In this document: positions 1 through 9,590 of the stretch, piece after piece
Layout of the letters: the number at the start of each line of letters is the position of its first letter
Numbering within the stretch: position 1 is the first letter of the stretch
NCBI RefSeq assembly: GCF_000372725.1
Contig: NW_005201791.1
Span: forward strand, 341,177-361,176
Origin: Emiliania huxleyi CCMP1516
Lineage: Eukaryota
DNA: 20,000 bases
Direction: 5' to 3'
The notes under the pieces: model-generated
What the model was told of the DNA's origin: nothing
Databases searched by the model: none
Seen by the model: only the letters and a program-made list of their open reading frames with translations
Made by a program: the position numbers and the translations under genes

Positions 1-49
1 GCCTTCCGAGGAGCACCGCCGCCTACACTCGCGGCGAACGACGTCACAT

Positions 50-2680
50 TCACATTCTGAAGGGACGCCGTGTTGCGTGCCTGTGGCTGTCACTGTGCTC
101 CTCTCGTGTGCGGTTTCGCGGCCCGGGGCCGTGCGCCTTCTGGATGTCTGTGAAGAGGTCTCTCTTCGCCGGCTGTGCTGCGTCATGCCCCCCCCCCCCC
201 CCCCTTCCCTCCCGGCCGGTGCGCCGGTGTGCGGGGCGCCTCGTGCAGCCTCGCGTCGTACGCGTTGGAGGCGTCGAGACTCGCGAGCAGGCTGGGCGCC
301 TAGTCTCGAGGCAATCTCGGGCAGTCTCGGGTAATCTCGGGTAGTCTCGGGTAATCTCGGGCAATCTCGGGTAATCTCGGGTAATCTCGGGTAGTCTCGG
401 GCAGTCTCCTAGCCGCCAAGCGCGTGCCTCTACGGCGAGCTCCGCGCGGCGCGGGTACCTGGGTGGCAGTCTCGCGGGGGAGTCTCGGGCAATCTCGGGC
501 AATCTCGGGCAATCTCGGGCAATCTCGGGTAATCTCGGGTAATCTCGGGTACCTGGGTAGCAGGCAATTCCCCAAATCCGACAACTGGTTTAGTATGGAT
601 TTGTTCAACTGCCAACTGGTGTGTGTGTGTCTCGCGCCTTGCGGAGACCGGAGTGGAAAGGAGGAACCTCTTCCCAAGAGCACCACTCTGGCCACGTTTC
701 CTGCCGGAAGAGTGGCTGCGTGTGTGGCGCTCTGGGAGTGATGTGTGTGGCACAGATGTGTGTGGGGGTCCGCGGTCGCTGGGATTGAAACTAGGTTGCC
801 TACCGGTCTGCGCTACTGGGAGCGCGGCGAGGCGTGCGCGCACCGAGGCAGCACGTTGCCCCTCGCCAGCCGACGCGCCCAGGCGGTGCCGTTGGCGGCG
901 GCGGCCGGGGATGCGCTGGCGGCGGCCGCAGCCGCCGCGACTCCGGCGGCCGAAGCGCCGGCAAGGTGGCAGAGGGTAACAATGACATCGTCGAGCTGGC
1001 GGGGGGAAGGGGAGGGAAGGGAAACGTCTCCACACACCACAAAGTGCTGGGGCGACGCTCGCGTCTCCACACCCGCGGGCAGGAGCCGGCGAGGCACACT
1101 CAAAATGCAAGGCCCAAGTGCAGCCACGGTGGGTGAGCAGACCTGGTCCGTCGTCCCGACGACGTCGGCGTTGTCCGCCAGAAACGCCTGGCAGCAGGCA
1201 GCGCTGGAGCGGTGGGGTGGCGCACACTGAGCATGCTTCTACCTCCCCCTGCCCCCTGGCCCCGAGGTCCATCCGAGATGTTCTACCGCTGAGAGTCAGA
1301 CACACACACACACGAGATCAGGCTATGTACTTCCAGCCTGTGCTGTTGAGGAGTGACACCATTTTTCACCCCCCCCCCCCCCCTCCCCCCGAGATCTGGC
1401 GAGGTACTTCCAGCCTGCTGTCAGTGGGAACAGCTGAACGCTGTCGCGCCGAAGCTCGGGTTCCCTCGCCCCCCCCCCACCCCCCCTCCCCGGGGGCAAG
1501 GGGGGACCCCGTGAGAGACGTGGGAGTGCCTCGCCAGCCCGAGATATAGCCGAGATCGTGCGCACACACCTCCGCGAGCCGGAGCCGCCGCGCCAGCTGG
1601 CGCATGCCGACGCCTAATCTCGGGTCGTCTCGGGTCATCTCGGGTAATCACCGCCCGCGCCAGCTGGCGCACATGCCGACGCCGGAAGCTGCCGCCGCGC
1701 CCTGAGGCAAGGCACTCGCGCCGCCAGCGTGCGGTGATGCGTCGAGTAGCCGCAGCTGCAGGTTTGGAGCCAGCTCCCACAGAAAGGACGGCGCCACGAG
1801 CCTATAGAGATGCGTACTCACACCTCTCACCCGCGAGAGGCAGCTCGCACGCGGGACGCAGCGACGCGCCCAGCAGGCCTATCAGTGTGCGTGCATGCCA
1901 TTCAGCTGTCTCGGGGAGGAGGGCCACCGCCAACCAGGGAGGACAGCGCGGCGAGCCGGGCGGGAAGAAGAAGCGCCGTCCCGAAGCCTCCGTCCCCCGC
2001 AGCCTCCGCGGCCGCGGCGGCCGCCGCCTGCCGCCGCGCCGCCGCCCTGCCCGGGAGTTCGTTGCGCCACGTCTCGGCGGCCGCCTCGCGACGCAGCCTC
2101 TCCTCGCCGCTGAGGCTCTCCGCCTGCGCGCGCGCGACGTCTCCGAGAGAGACGACCGCCTGCGCCCATCGATACGCTTAGGCAATGCGTCCACGCTCGA
2201 TTTCTCCGTCTGAGGTTGGCCACAGCGCACTCGCGCCTCCGGCGCGGCGCAGAGTGTGTCGCGAGGCGGGTGGCGGTCACAGAGCAAGCCGACGTGGGTG
2301 TGCCAGCCGCGGAAAAAGTAGTACTGCGAGAGCACCCGCTCGGTCGGGTGGCGGAGGAGCACCACCAGCAGCGGGGTGGCCGGACGGCCTGCACCGTGCG
2401 GGAGCAGGAACGGCGATGAGGAGCGGCCGACGCCGCTGCTGCAGCCGGCGGCGCGTATCGATGGCGAGGCGTCCAGCGCTCCACACCACCAGGCGAGCTT
2501 GGATAGCCGGCGGTGCGGCTGGTGGCCGAGCGAGAGCAGGGTCTCCACGCTCGTGCCGCCCGTCTTTGGCAGGTGGATCAGGCGGAAGAGGGAGCGCGTG
2601 CGAGCGGCGTCGAGCGCGGTGGCGGGCGGATGACTCCCGTTTGCTAGGTCAGCCTCTCGCCAAGCTCCGCTGACGACCAT
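50..2680 (-). CDS. Multi-exon sulfotransferase (Sulfotransfer_2 / carbohydrate sulfotransferase-like); both ends uncertain
   Basis: ORF 1802..2701 has the 5'-PSB motif IHLPKTGGTS and the 3'-PB motif LLRHPTERVLSQYYF. Downstream exons supply the remaining family motifs in the right order: AFLADNADVVGTTDQ (~1190-1143), LDDVIVTLCHLAG (~995-957) and APSLLASLDASNAYDARLHE (299-240, the N-x-x-D-x-x-L-Y/H motif). They are joined by plausible GT/GC-AG introns. A 5' transmembrane-like exon (HLFAVLIFCSISL, ~2930-2970) may belong to it. Confidence 0.8.
304..550. repeat. Two intronic 10-bp tandem arrays (GYARTCTCGG units), 304-409 and ~481-550
   Basis: Directly visible: gcaatctcgg/gcagtctcgg/gtaatctcgg/gtagtctcgg units. 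They explain the RLPEITRDYP pseudo-ORFs. Confidence 0.95.
1588..1683. repeat. 27/29-bp direct duplication separated by a 10-bp array
   Basis: ccgcgccagctggcgc(ac)atgccgacgcc at 1588-1614 and 1655-1683, with (tnrtctcggg)x3.5 between them. Confidence 0.9.
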
Positions 2681-3139
2681 TGATCCTGTTTCACATACCA
2701 AACGAGTAGATAGACGCCGACTCGAGGCTGCAAGGTGTTGTGTTCACAGGCCTTCTCGAGGTTCTCGAGGTGGATATCCTTTGGCCGCGTTGGGTAGCGA
2801 GGATTGGTGTAACCCGAGCCACGGAGGCGTGTTTTCTGGCGGCCGACCGTCAGTGCACGGAGTTGCCACTTCTCCGACTGCCCCGGCTAGTTCCCGAGGT
2901 CGTCGGGTGTGACCCCTTCGTCCCCCGAGACTTATTGAGCAGAAAATAAGGACGGCAAAAAGGTGCCTGCCTGTCGCCGCCGACAAAGACCAACTACGCG
3001 GCGCAGAGCTGCGCACGACTTCGAGCGGTACAACCGAGACATTGGGTGGTTGGGGGAAACGACAGACTGTGTTTAACTTGCCACTAGGTGGGCAACGAGG
3101 GCGCTGTGTAGGAGCCGTAGAAGAAAGAGACGTACCCAA

Positions 3140-3177
3140 CATCGCCCCATATCTCCCCGTATCTCCCCATATCTCCG
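3140..3177. repeat. 10-bp tandem repeat (atctccccat-like) x~4
   Basis: atcgccccat atctccccgt atctccccat atctccg; the GAGAT core is on the minus strand. Confidence 0.85.
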
Positions 3178-3950
3178 CACATGTGACGCCACTGTGCTGC
3201 TCGAGGCGCTGGGCAGTCGTGTGAGGGGCCGCCCCCAAGTGGGTATGTATGTATGTAGTATGGTGAAGAACAGCCAGGCTCGGACTGGACACCAACGCGG
3301 TATGGGTGGACGCTGGACAGATGATGACGGCACCCACGAGCGACACACAGACACAAGTGGGTGACCCCTGGAGGCCCTGGGGATGGGGGGAGACTACCTT
3401 CACTGCCCAGACCCTCTCTGGTTAGGTCTAAAAGCTCGGCGCCGGACCCCGCCTCGGGAAAACCCAGCCCCGTTCGGGCAGCCCCGCGAGCGCATGGATG
3501 GGGGCGGCCGGCGCGAGCGGAGAACGGCGGGCCGAGATCTCGCTGGTTTTGGCAGGAAACAGCAGGCGCCAAGGGGGGCGTGTGAGCCTCGGTACCCTAG
3601 AAACACGAAGAGTCTACATAGCATGTAAGAGTATCCGGCCCCCACCGGCCACCGCTCTCCTGCGGCGCGCGCACGCTCGCGCGAGGTGCCGAGGTCTCGC
3701 CACTTAACGACGCAACAGCCAACACGCAAGCACTATTCTACGAAAGTGGCACTATTTGCTGCGGCTCGGCGGGGCGCCGCCGCACGAGGCGCGCCACCGC
3801 GATGCGGCGGCGGAGGAGCTGCCACCACCGCCGGAGCGGTCCCGCATCGCAAGGCACGGCTCCCATGCCTGTTAGAACGAGGCGCAAGCTGACCTCACGA
3901 TGCTCCCCGGAGCCGGGTAGAGCCACCGCCACCGTGTCAACAACATACTA

Positions 3951-5264
3951 CTAGTGCTCAACCAGGAATTGTCCAATTTGCTGTGGCGACATTTGTGCCT
4001 CTTTGATGCGCTTGATTGACAATATACTGGCGTTTGAACCGTGGAGTGCGTGCACATGCAGATGCCCTTCTCCAAGTGCAGCGGCGGCCCGCTTGCCTGG
4101 CTCAAGTGCAATACTGTGCCCACCCCCAACGCCAGTGAGCACCCCCTCCACTGCCCCAAGAGCCGGCCATACACAAAAGGTGCTAGGTGGGCAGATGGAG
4201 AGTTGAGCGAGGGCGATGCGCGACATCGCCCCCACCGTCGTGTCCTTGTCATGGATTCTGACCCTTGGGCCGTGCATCTTCCTCGGGCCGGTCAGCCCGC
4301 TTTGGAGTGCGGGGAGGAGCACTTCAAGGATGTCGTGGCACTGCTTGCCGTGCTTGCAGTCCATGGCTCGGGTCTCGAGTTTGCTGCTGCACTTCTCAAC
4401 GAGCGGTGTTGTGACAATGCCCACCGAACGCGGGGCAAGTGGGCGCAGGTAGCGAAGAAGCACACTCAATGGCACAAACCCAGAATTGAGCGGGCCCCGT
4501 GACGCATCCATTTCCATAATGTCCCCACAGCGAAAGTGGATGACGGCATCATCGAGGTCATACGTGTACTTCTGCGTCTTTGAGCCGTTGCTTGCCAACA
4601 CCCCCTTATTGCAACCGAATAGCGCTCGGCTGCGGCTCGGATCTCGCGACCCCAAACGGCGGCAAATAACGGCCAACCGTAAGTGCAAGCATGCGTGATG
4701 ATCGTGCGACATTTGCAGGTTCCTTCTATTTCCCGCATGATCGTGCCGGGGTCACGAGGGACCTCGGGCGGCCAGTTCGGAGAAGCACTTTGAGGCAACC
4801 AACCGGTGATGTATTTGGGCGTGTCCCGGATGATAGGGCCACACGTCGGCTGCATCTGGAATCCGATGCCATGCAGCAAGGCCAAGGCTCGAAGGGTGAA
4901 GTATAGTGGCAAATGATTGCCGACAGAATCGGACGTGCAAAACCACGATGGCGCGTCGATGATGAGGACCGGTGCGGGAGAGGAGTTCTTAGCGGCGGCA
5001 GCAGCGGCAGCGGCTTCGCACGCGGCCGATTGAGGCTCGTGGAACTGTTCAGCACACGAATGGTGTATGTGAGATCACACGGAGTGTCTGAGTCTACTTG
5101 AGCTGAGTTGAAGGGCGCACCGAATCTCTTGGGATCTTCACCACCACATCACGTCCCTGAAAGCGCCACTCGGGAAATTGCCCCTTTGCTGCGGCGTGGG
5201 CGCCCGCGAGGGCGAGCAGGAAGAACATGATGCAGCAGCGGACGCGTCTCGCGGCCTCCTCCAT
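3951..5264 (-). CDS. Secreted or Golgi GT11/alpha-fucosyltransferase-like glycosyltransferase (exons 5264-5121, 5044-4616, 4571-3951)
   Basis: N-terminal hydrophobic signal IMFFLLALAGAHA and a GT-AG intron at 5120-5045. Motifs VGNHLPLYFTLRALA, DAVIHFRCGD and ICPPSTFCVWPAL correspond in order to the GT11 motifs GNQMFQYA, HVRRGD and NSTFSWWAA. A frame change near 4600 needs either a 44-nt intron or a 1-bp indel. Confidence 0.65.
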
Positions 5265-5509
5265 GGTAGCGGCTGTACCTGCGAGCGGGAGTAGGCAGGC
5301 GGTAAGGCGAGGCCGCGAGCGGCTGGGTTGATGTCGTCGACGGTTTCTGCCTGCGCACTCGTGTGGTGCGTGTAAGTTCAAGCCTGCATGTGAGTAAGTG
5401 CGGCTGGGCGGAGCGACGCACCGGCAGGGCAGACGTCGACAGAGCGACGAGCAGAGCAACCCGGCGAGATTTTTCAGAGGAATTCTACGAATAAAAGCGC
5501 CTCTCACAG

Positions 5510-5863
5510 CCACCTCCGCCGCCTCCTCCCTTGCCGCCTCCTCCTCCCTCGCCGCCTCCTCCTCCCTCGCCGCTGCCTCTTCCATCTTTGCCCCCTCCTT
5601 AACCACCTCCCCCTCCCCCTCCGTTCTCGCCCCTTCCGCCGCCGCTGCCTCCCTTGCAGCCTCCCTTGCCTCCACCTCCCTCGCCGCCACCTCCCTCGCC
5701 GCCAACCCCCTTGCCACCTCCCTTCCTACCCCCTCCCTCGCCACCCCCTCCTCCCCCTCCCTCGCCACCCCCTCCCTCGCCGCCTCCTCCCTCGCCATCC
5801 CCCCCCGCACCTCCCCCTCCCTCGCCACCTCCTCCCTCGCCGTCTCCCCCCTGCCTGCAATAG
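5510..5863 (+). pseudogene. Degenerate PPSPPP (extensin/pherophorin-like) low-complexity coding remnant
   Basis: One frame reads PPPPPPLPPPPPSPPPPPSP... after a cacAG acceptor-like site. It has an in-frame TAA at ~5600, ends at TAG 5861-5863, and has no attached domain. Confidence 0.45.
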
Positions 5864-6070
5864 CCGGCAGCGAAGAAAGAAGCGGCACTGGGGGACTCCG
5901 GCCTGCTCGCTCGTGAAGTCGTCGCGAGCGCTGTCGGTGTCGCAGTCGCCCGACTCGGAGTCGCCAGGCTGGCTGAAGATTCTCCGGTTATACTAACCTG
6001 TGAAGCGTGAACAGCGTCACGAACATGAAAAAAAAACGTGAACCAGCAACCGATCGGGAAAGAGGTCACG

Positions 6071-7699
6071 ATGTATTTGCTGCTTGCACCGCTCGTCTCT
6101 GCCTATCCCCACACTCTCGCGGGCTGTGGCCCGCGAAATATGTACGTCGACCTTGGTGCCTCTTGGTGCAACACGCTCCAACTGCATACGCAACTCGAGG
6201 AAGCTGCGGCGCGGAGCGGACCGTGGATGGTGTTCGCCTTCGAGGCAGCGCCGCTCATCGCGCCGTATCTCGAGAGCTGCGCGGTAGAACTTGCTGCCGG
6301 CCGCCCGATCCCTCCGGCGCCAGTGCCGCCCACCGGCTCGTTGGCACTAGATCATCGCAGAATCGTCACTAGACCCGCAGCGGCCACAGAGTGATTTCAT
6401 GCCGCGTACTCGCCATGCGGCAGTCACTCGAGCAGTCACGGATGCGTGGTTGCACTCGAGCCCTTCGCCTTCACCTCGCAGGTTCCACGGCGGACTTCCT
6501 CGAGTATGTGCGCTCCCACGATAAGTTGCGAGTCTGCAGCAAGGAGGGCGTGCGCGCCCCGCGCCGCAGGCCCGCCGGAGGCTCCCCGGCCGACACACCC
6601 CGGCCGTATTCGCTCGTCCAATCCTCGCCCTTCTCGCGCCCCTCTCGCGCCCCTCTTGCGCCCCCCTCTTCCCCGCCGGCCCCGAGAGACTTGGCACGCA
6701 CCTTCCGCCCCCGCCCCGCCTCGCCCCCTCCCCAAGGTGGCGCCACATCAAGGAGTGCGTCTTTGCGCTGCCTGAGATGGTGAGAAATATGACCTCACTC
6801 TCGGCAGATCCTGTGCTTGGCAGCCGCGAAACGGTGGACGCCCGGCTTGCGGCGGCAAGGCTCGTTAGATGTCGAACACACTGGAGATTAGGAGCACTGA
6901 TGAATCTCTCACTGTTCTCCCCAGCATATATTCCACACTACTAGGCGGGGCAGTGCCCGGAGCGGCACTCCATTACAGTGATAAACGCCGCCGCCAGCGA
7001 TGAAAACGGGACGGCCAGAATGGGTGGTGGCATCGAACAGCTGATGGTCGGAGGCTCAAAGCCACTTTTTGCTGGCCGTGCCCCAGCTGGCCTGTACATG
7101 CACAACGAGTCCATTGGCGGCGAGGCGCACCGGTCGCGCTGGAACGTCCGCTCGGTCGACATTGTACGGTGGATTGAGCACAACGTGCGGCCGGAGGAGC
7201 CCTTCCATGCTCAACTGCGGACATGGAGTGTGAGGAGAACGCTCACAGGCTTATATGTTAGTTGCATGGGGTTAGGACTTCTTTGTGCTCAAGATGGACG
7301 TCGAGGGCTTTGAGCACAAACTGGTCCCTTCCATGCTGGAGGCGCGCCTGCACTGATGAGTAGCTCACGGGACTTAGGCCTCATGTCTCAGGAAAATAAT
7401 TTGGCCTGGCCACCCTGCACCGGCCTGCCAGAATGGAGTCGTGTGCGAGAGGTAAGGGCCTCCGCGATCATCCTCACCACACCCCATCTCAGGCCAATCT
7501 CACCGGCCTCATCGACGTGTTCGTGTGGGAGTGCCACTACGGGTTCCCTGGCTCGAAGTGCCACTCGCTGTTCGCGCGCGCGGCGTCGGTGCCGGGCTTC
7601 CTTCCCGCGGCAGACCAGAGAATCCATGCAGAAGACTCGCTAGTGGCAGCGTCTGACTCAACCCTCGCTACGACTAGGCGGTCTACACCGAGAGCTTGA
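6071..7699 (+). CDS. FkbM-family (Methyltransf_21-like) SAM-dependent methyltransferase with N-terminal signal, about 6 exons
   Basis: MYLLLAPLVSA signal-like start. Motif I MYVDLGASWCN, then VFAFEAAP, INAAA, VDIVRWI, DFFVLKMDVEGFE (7276 onward) and IDVFVWECH, all in canonical FkbM order. Exons join in frame, mostly through GC-AG introns. Confidence 0.85.
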
Positions 7700-8336
7700 G
7701 CAGGGGGCACTACGAAAAGAAGCTGTCGCAACAGGGGCAACGATTGTCTGGGGGAGCGCGGCGCGGCTAGGGTGTGTACCTAGGTGCGGGCCCCCGCGCT
7801 CTAGTCGATGGTGCTGGCGGCGACGGGCTTTGCGCCCGACGCGAGGCCGCGCTCGCTTGCACATGCCGCGCGGCGAGGCGGAAACAAGGTTGCGTGTGCG
7901 GCGTCGGCCGATTTGGGGGGGGTGGGGGAGGGGGGGGTCTTTGAACGATTCAACGAAACTTGGCCAGCTATGCGACAACTGCTATATATTCGAAAGAAGA
8001 ATTTGTAGAAGAAGAAACGCTCTACCATCCTTGGCGACTAATCGTTTGCGAAAAATAAACCACGCGTCCTCATCCTTGTCACGCGCGGCTATTTCTTGTT
8101 TCAGTCAGAGCACAGAGCAGCTTGGCGTCCTTCTTGTTTCTTTTACATCGCGATTTTTTTCGAGGTCAGACCCATTCATGCCTGCACCTGGCACCACTGT
8201 GGACGGTCCGTCCGACGTCGGGTAACCGTCGCCGCCGCCCGGTACTCCAGTGGACGCCACTGCCGACGGCGCCGCCGCCGACCCGCCCGCCGCCGACCCT
8301 CCCACCGAGGAGGTCGACGGAGCTGCAGACCCAGCG

Positions 8337-8966
8337 ATGCAGTCCGAGGCCGCCGCTCCGGCGGCAGAGGCTGACGTCCCGATGGCGCAAGCGCTGAGCG
8401 ATGCCGAGCTTTCATCAGATCACGAGCACGAGGAGCAGCCGCTGCTCCATGAGCAGCGGCTTGCGACAGTCAACCAGGAGCAGGCACGGCTTGAGGCGCT
8501 GCGTTGGACCGAGGAAGAGGTGGCTTTGTGGGTGAGTTGGGGGGGTGTGAAGGAGGACTTGATCTAGGCTGGAGATTGCACGTGGAGCACTTGGAGGCGC
8601 TAGAAGGAGTTCGAGGAGGAGCGTGCGGGCTACATGGAGGAGACCTCGTGCGACGAGTCCGAGGACGAGGACGAGGACGAGGGCGACGGCGAGGCACCCG
8701 CACCCGCACCCGCACCCGCACCCGCACATGCACATGCACCCGCGCAGCGTGCAGGGAAGCGTAAGGCTGCACCGCCTCGAGCACCGCCGACGCGCCCGCC
8801 AGACAGCAGTGATGACGATGGCCCATCATTGCATGCGCCAGCACCGGCGCGGGCAGGGCGGGGGGCCAAGCCGGCAGCCAAGGGGTCCGCACGGCGCAAG
8901 CCGCCAGCAGCCAAGCCAGCAGCCAAGGCAGTAGCGGCCATGTCGAAGCGTCAGCGACGGAAGTGA
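8337..8966 (+). CDS. Hypothetical acidic/Pro-Ala/Lys-rich protein, probable intron 8532-8603; possibly a pseudogene starting at 8178
   Basis: One frame runs from ATG 8178 to TGA 8966 with stops at 8223, 8565 and 8601. A consensus GTGAGT...CTAG phase-0 intron of 72 nt removes the last two stops (EVALW|KEFEEE). The C-terminus is basic and NLS-like (KRK, KRQRRK). Confidence 0.45.
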
Positions 8967-8991
8967 TCTGTACACACTGCATGAGTATGAA

Positions 8992-8993
<2 letters not shown>

Positions 8994-9064
<71 letters not shown>
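8994..9064. repeat. (TG)n microsatellite
   Basis: About 29 perfect GT units followed by a tatgtg tail. Confidence 0.98.
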
Positions 9065-9066
<2 letters not shown>

Positions 9067-9129
9067 CTATTGTACGAGATTTGTACATTGCGCTCTAGAC
9101 GGGGGCTCTTGGGCAGCAGCTCACAGCCT

Positions 9130-9590
9130 ATCGTTTTTGGTCGGTTTTTGGCGCTAAAAATGCAAAATTTTCTTCGCGGGGCTCTGCCCCGCACCCCGCT
9201 GGGGCTGCCAGCCCCAGACCCCAGGCTGGGGCTCCGCCCCAGACCCCGAGTTAGGCGCTGTCGGCGGCCAGAGGCCGAGTTACGTCTGCAGGCAAAAGTC
9301 GCTCGCTGCCGTCTGAGCTCGAAAAAAATCGCGATTTACAGAGAGCAGGCGCACATCGCTTCCAGGGAGGGGGGCGCACTTCTCTCCACACCACATGCTA
9401 GGGGGGGGTCCGACCCCCCCCAGCACCTTCACCACATGCTAGGGGGGGGGTCCCGACCCCCCCAGCCNNNNNNNNNNNNNNNNNNNNNNNNNNNNNNNNN
9501 NNNNNNNNNNNNNNNNNNNNNNNNNNNNNNNNNNNNNNNNNNNNNNNNNNNNNNNNNNNNNNNNNNNGGGCGGGGGGGTCTAAGAGGGTG
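9130..9590. mobile_element. Putative DNA-transposon subterminal/terminal region with hairpin arrays, spanning the gap
   Basis: Three tandem GGGGC-n3-5-GCCCC hairpins (9176-9242) and two 41-bp-period repeats containing G8-9 TCC(C)GA C7-8 palindromes (9389-9466). A similar G-run continues after the gap and ends ...TAAGAGGGTG, where the esterase frame breaks down. No transposase or partner TIR was found. Confidence 0.45.
9468..9567. other. Assembly gap (100 N, true size unknown)
   Basis: Run of N. Confidence 1.

Noticed and set aside
304..550. CRISPR-like array or RLPEITRDYP repeat protein
   Set aside because: These are contiguous 10-bp units with no spacers, intronic, in a eukaryote, and no cas genes are present.
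3200..3940. Short ORFs or an ncRNA between the sulfotransferase and GT genes
   Set aside because: No recognisable motif, splice pattern or RNA structure that I can support.
5094..5916. EAAAREE-rich (264 aa, -) and SLAASS-rich (172 aa, +) ORFs
   Set aside because: Alternative frames of the Pro-rich repeat. Only the last ~50 codons of the minus ORF are exon 1 of the GT gene.
7655..7945. Left TIR partner for the putative element ending at 9590
   Set aside because: Only weak partial matches (caaccctcgctacgac, G-runs); no convincing inverted repeat or TSD.
8178..8966. TAA/TAG read as Gln (alternative genetic code), because the internal stops are TAR and the final stop is TGA
   Set aside because: A consensus intron (8532-8603) removes both TAGs, and neighbouring genes end in TAG.
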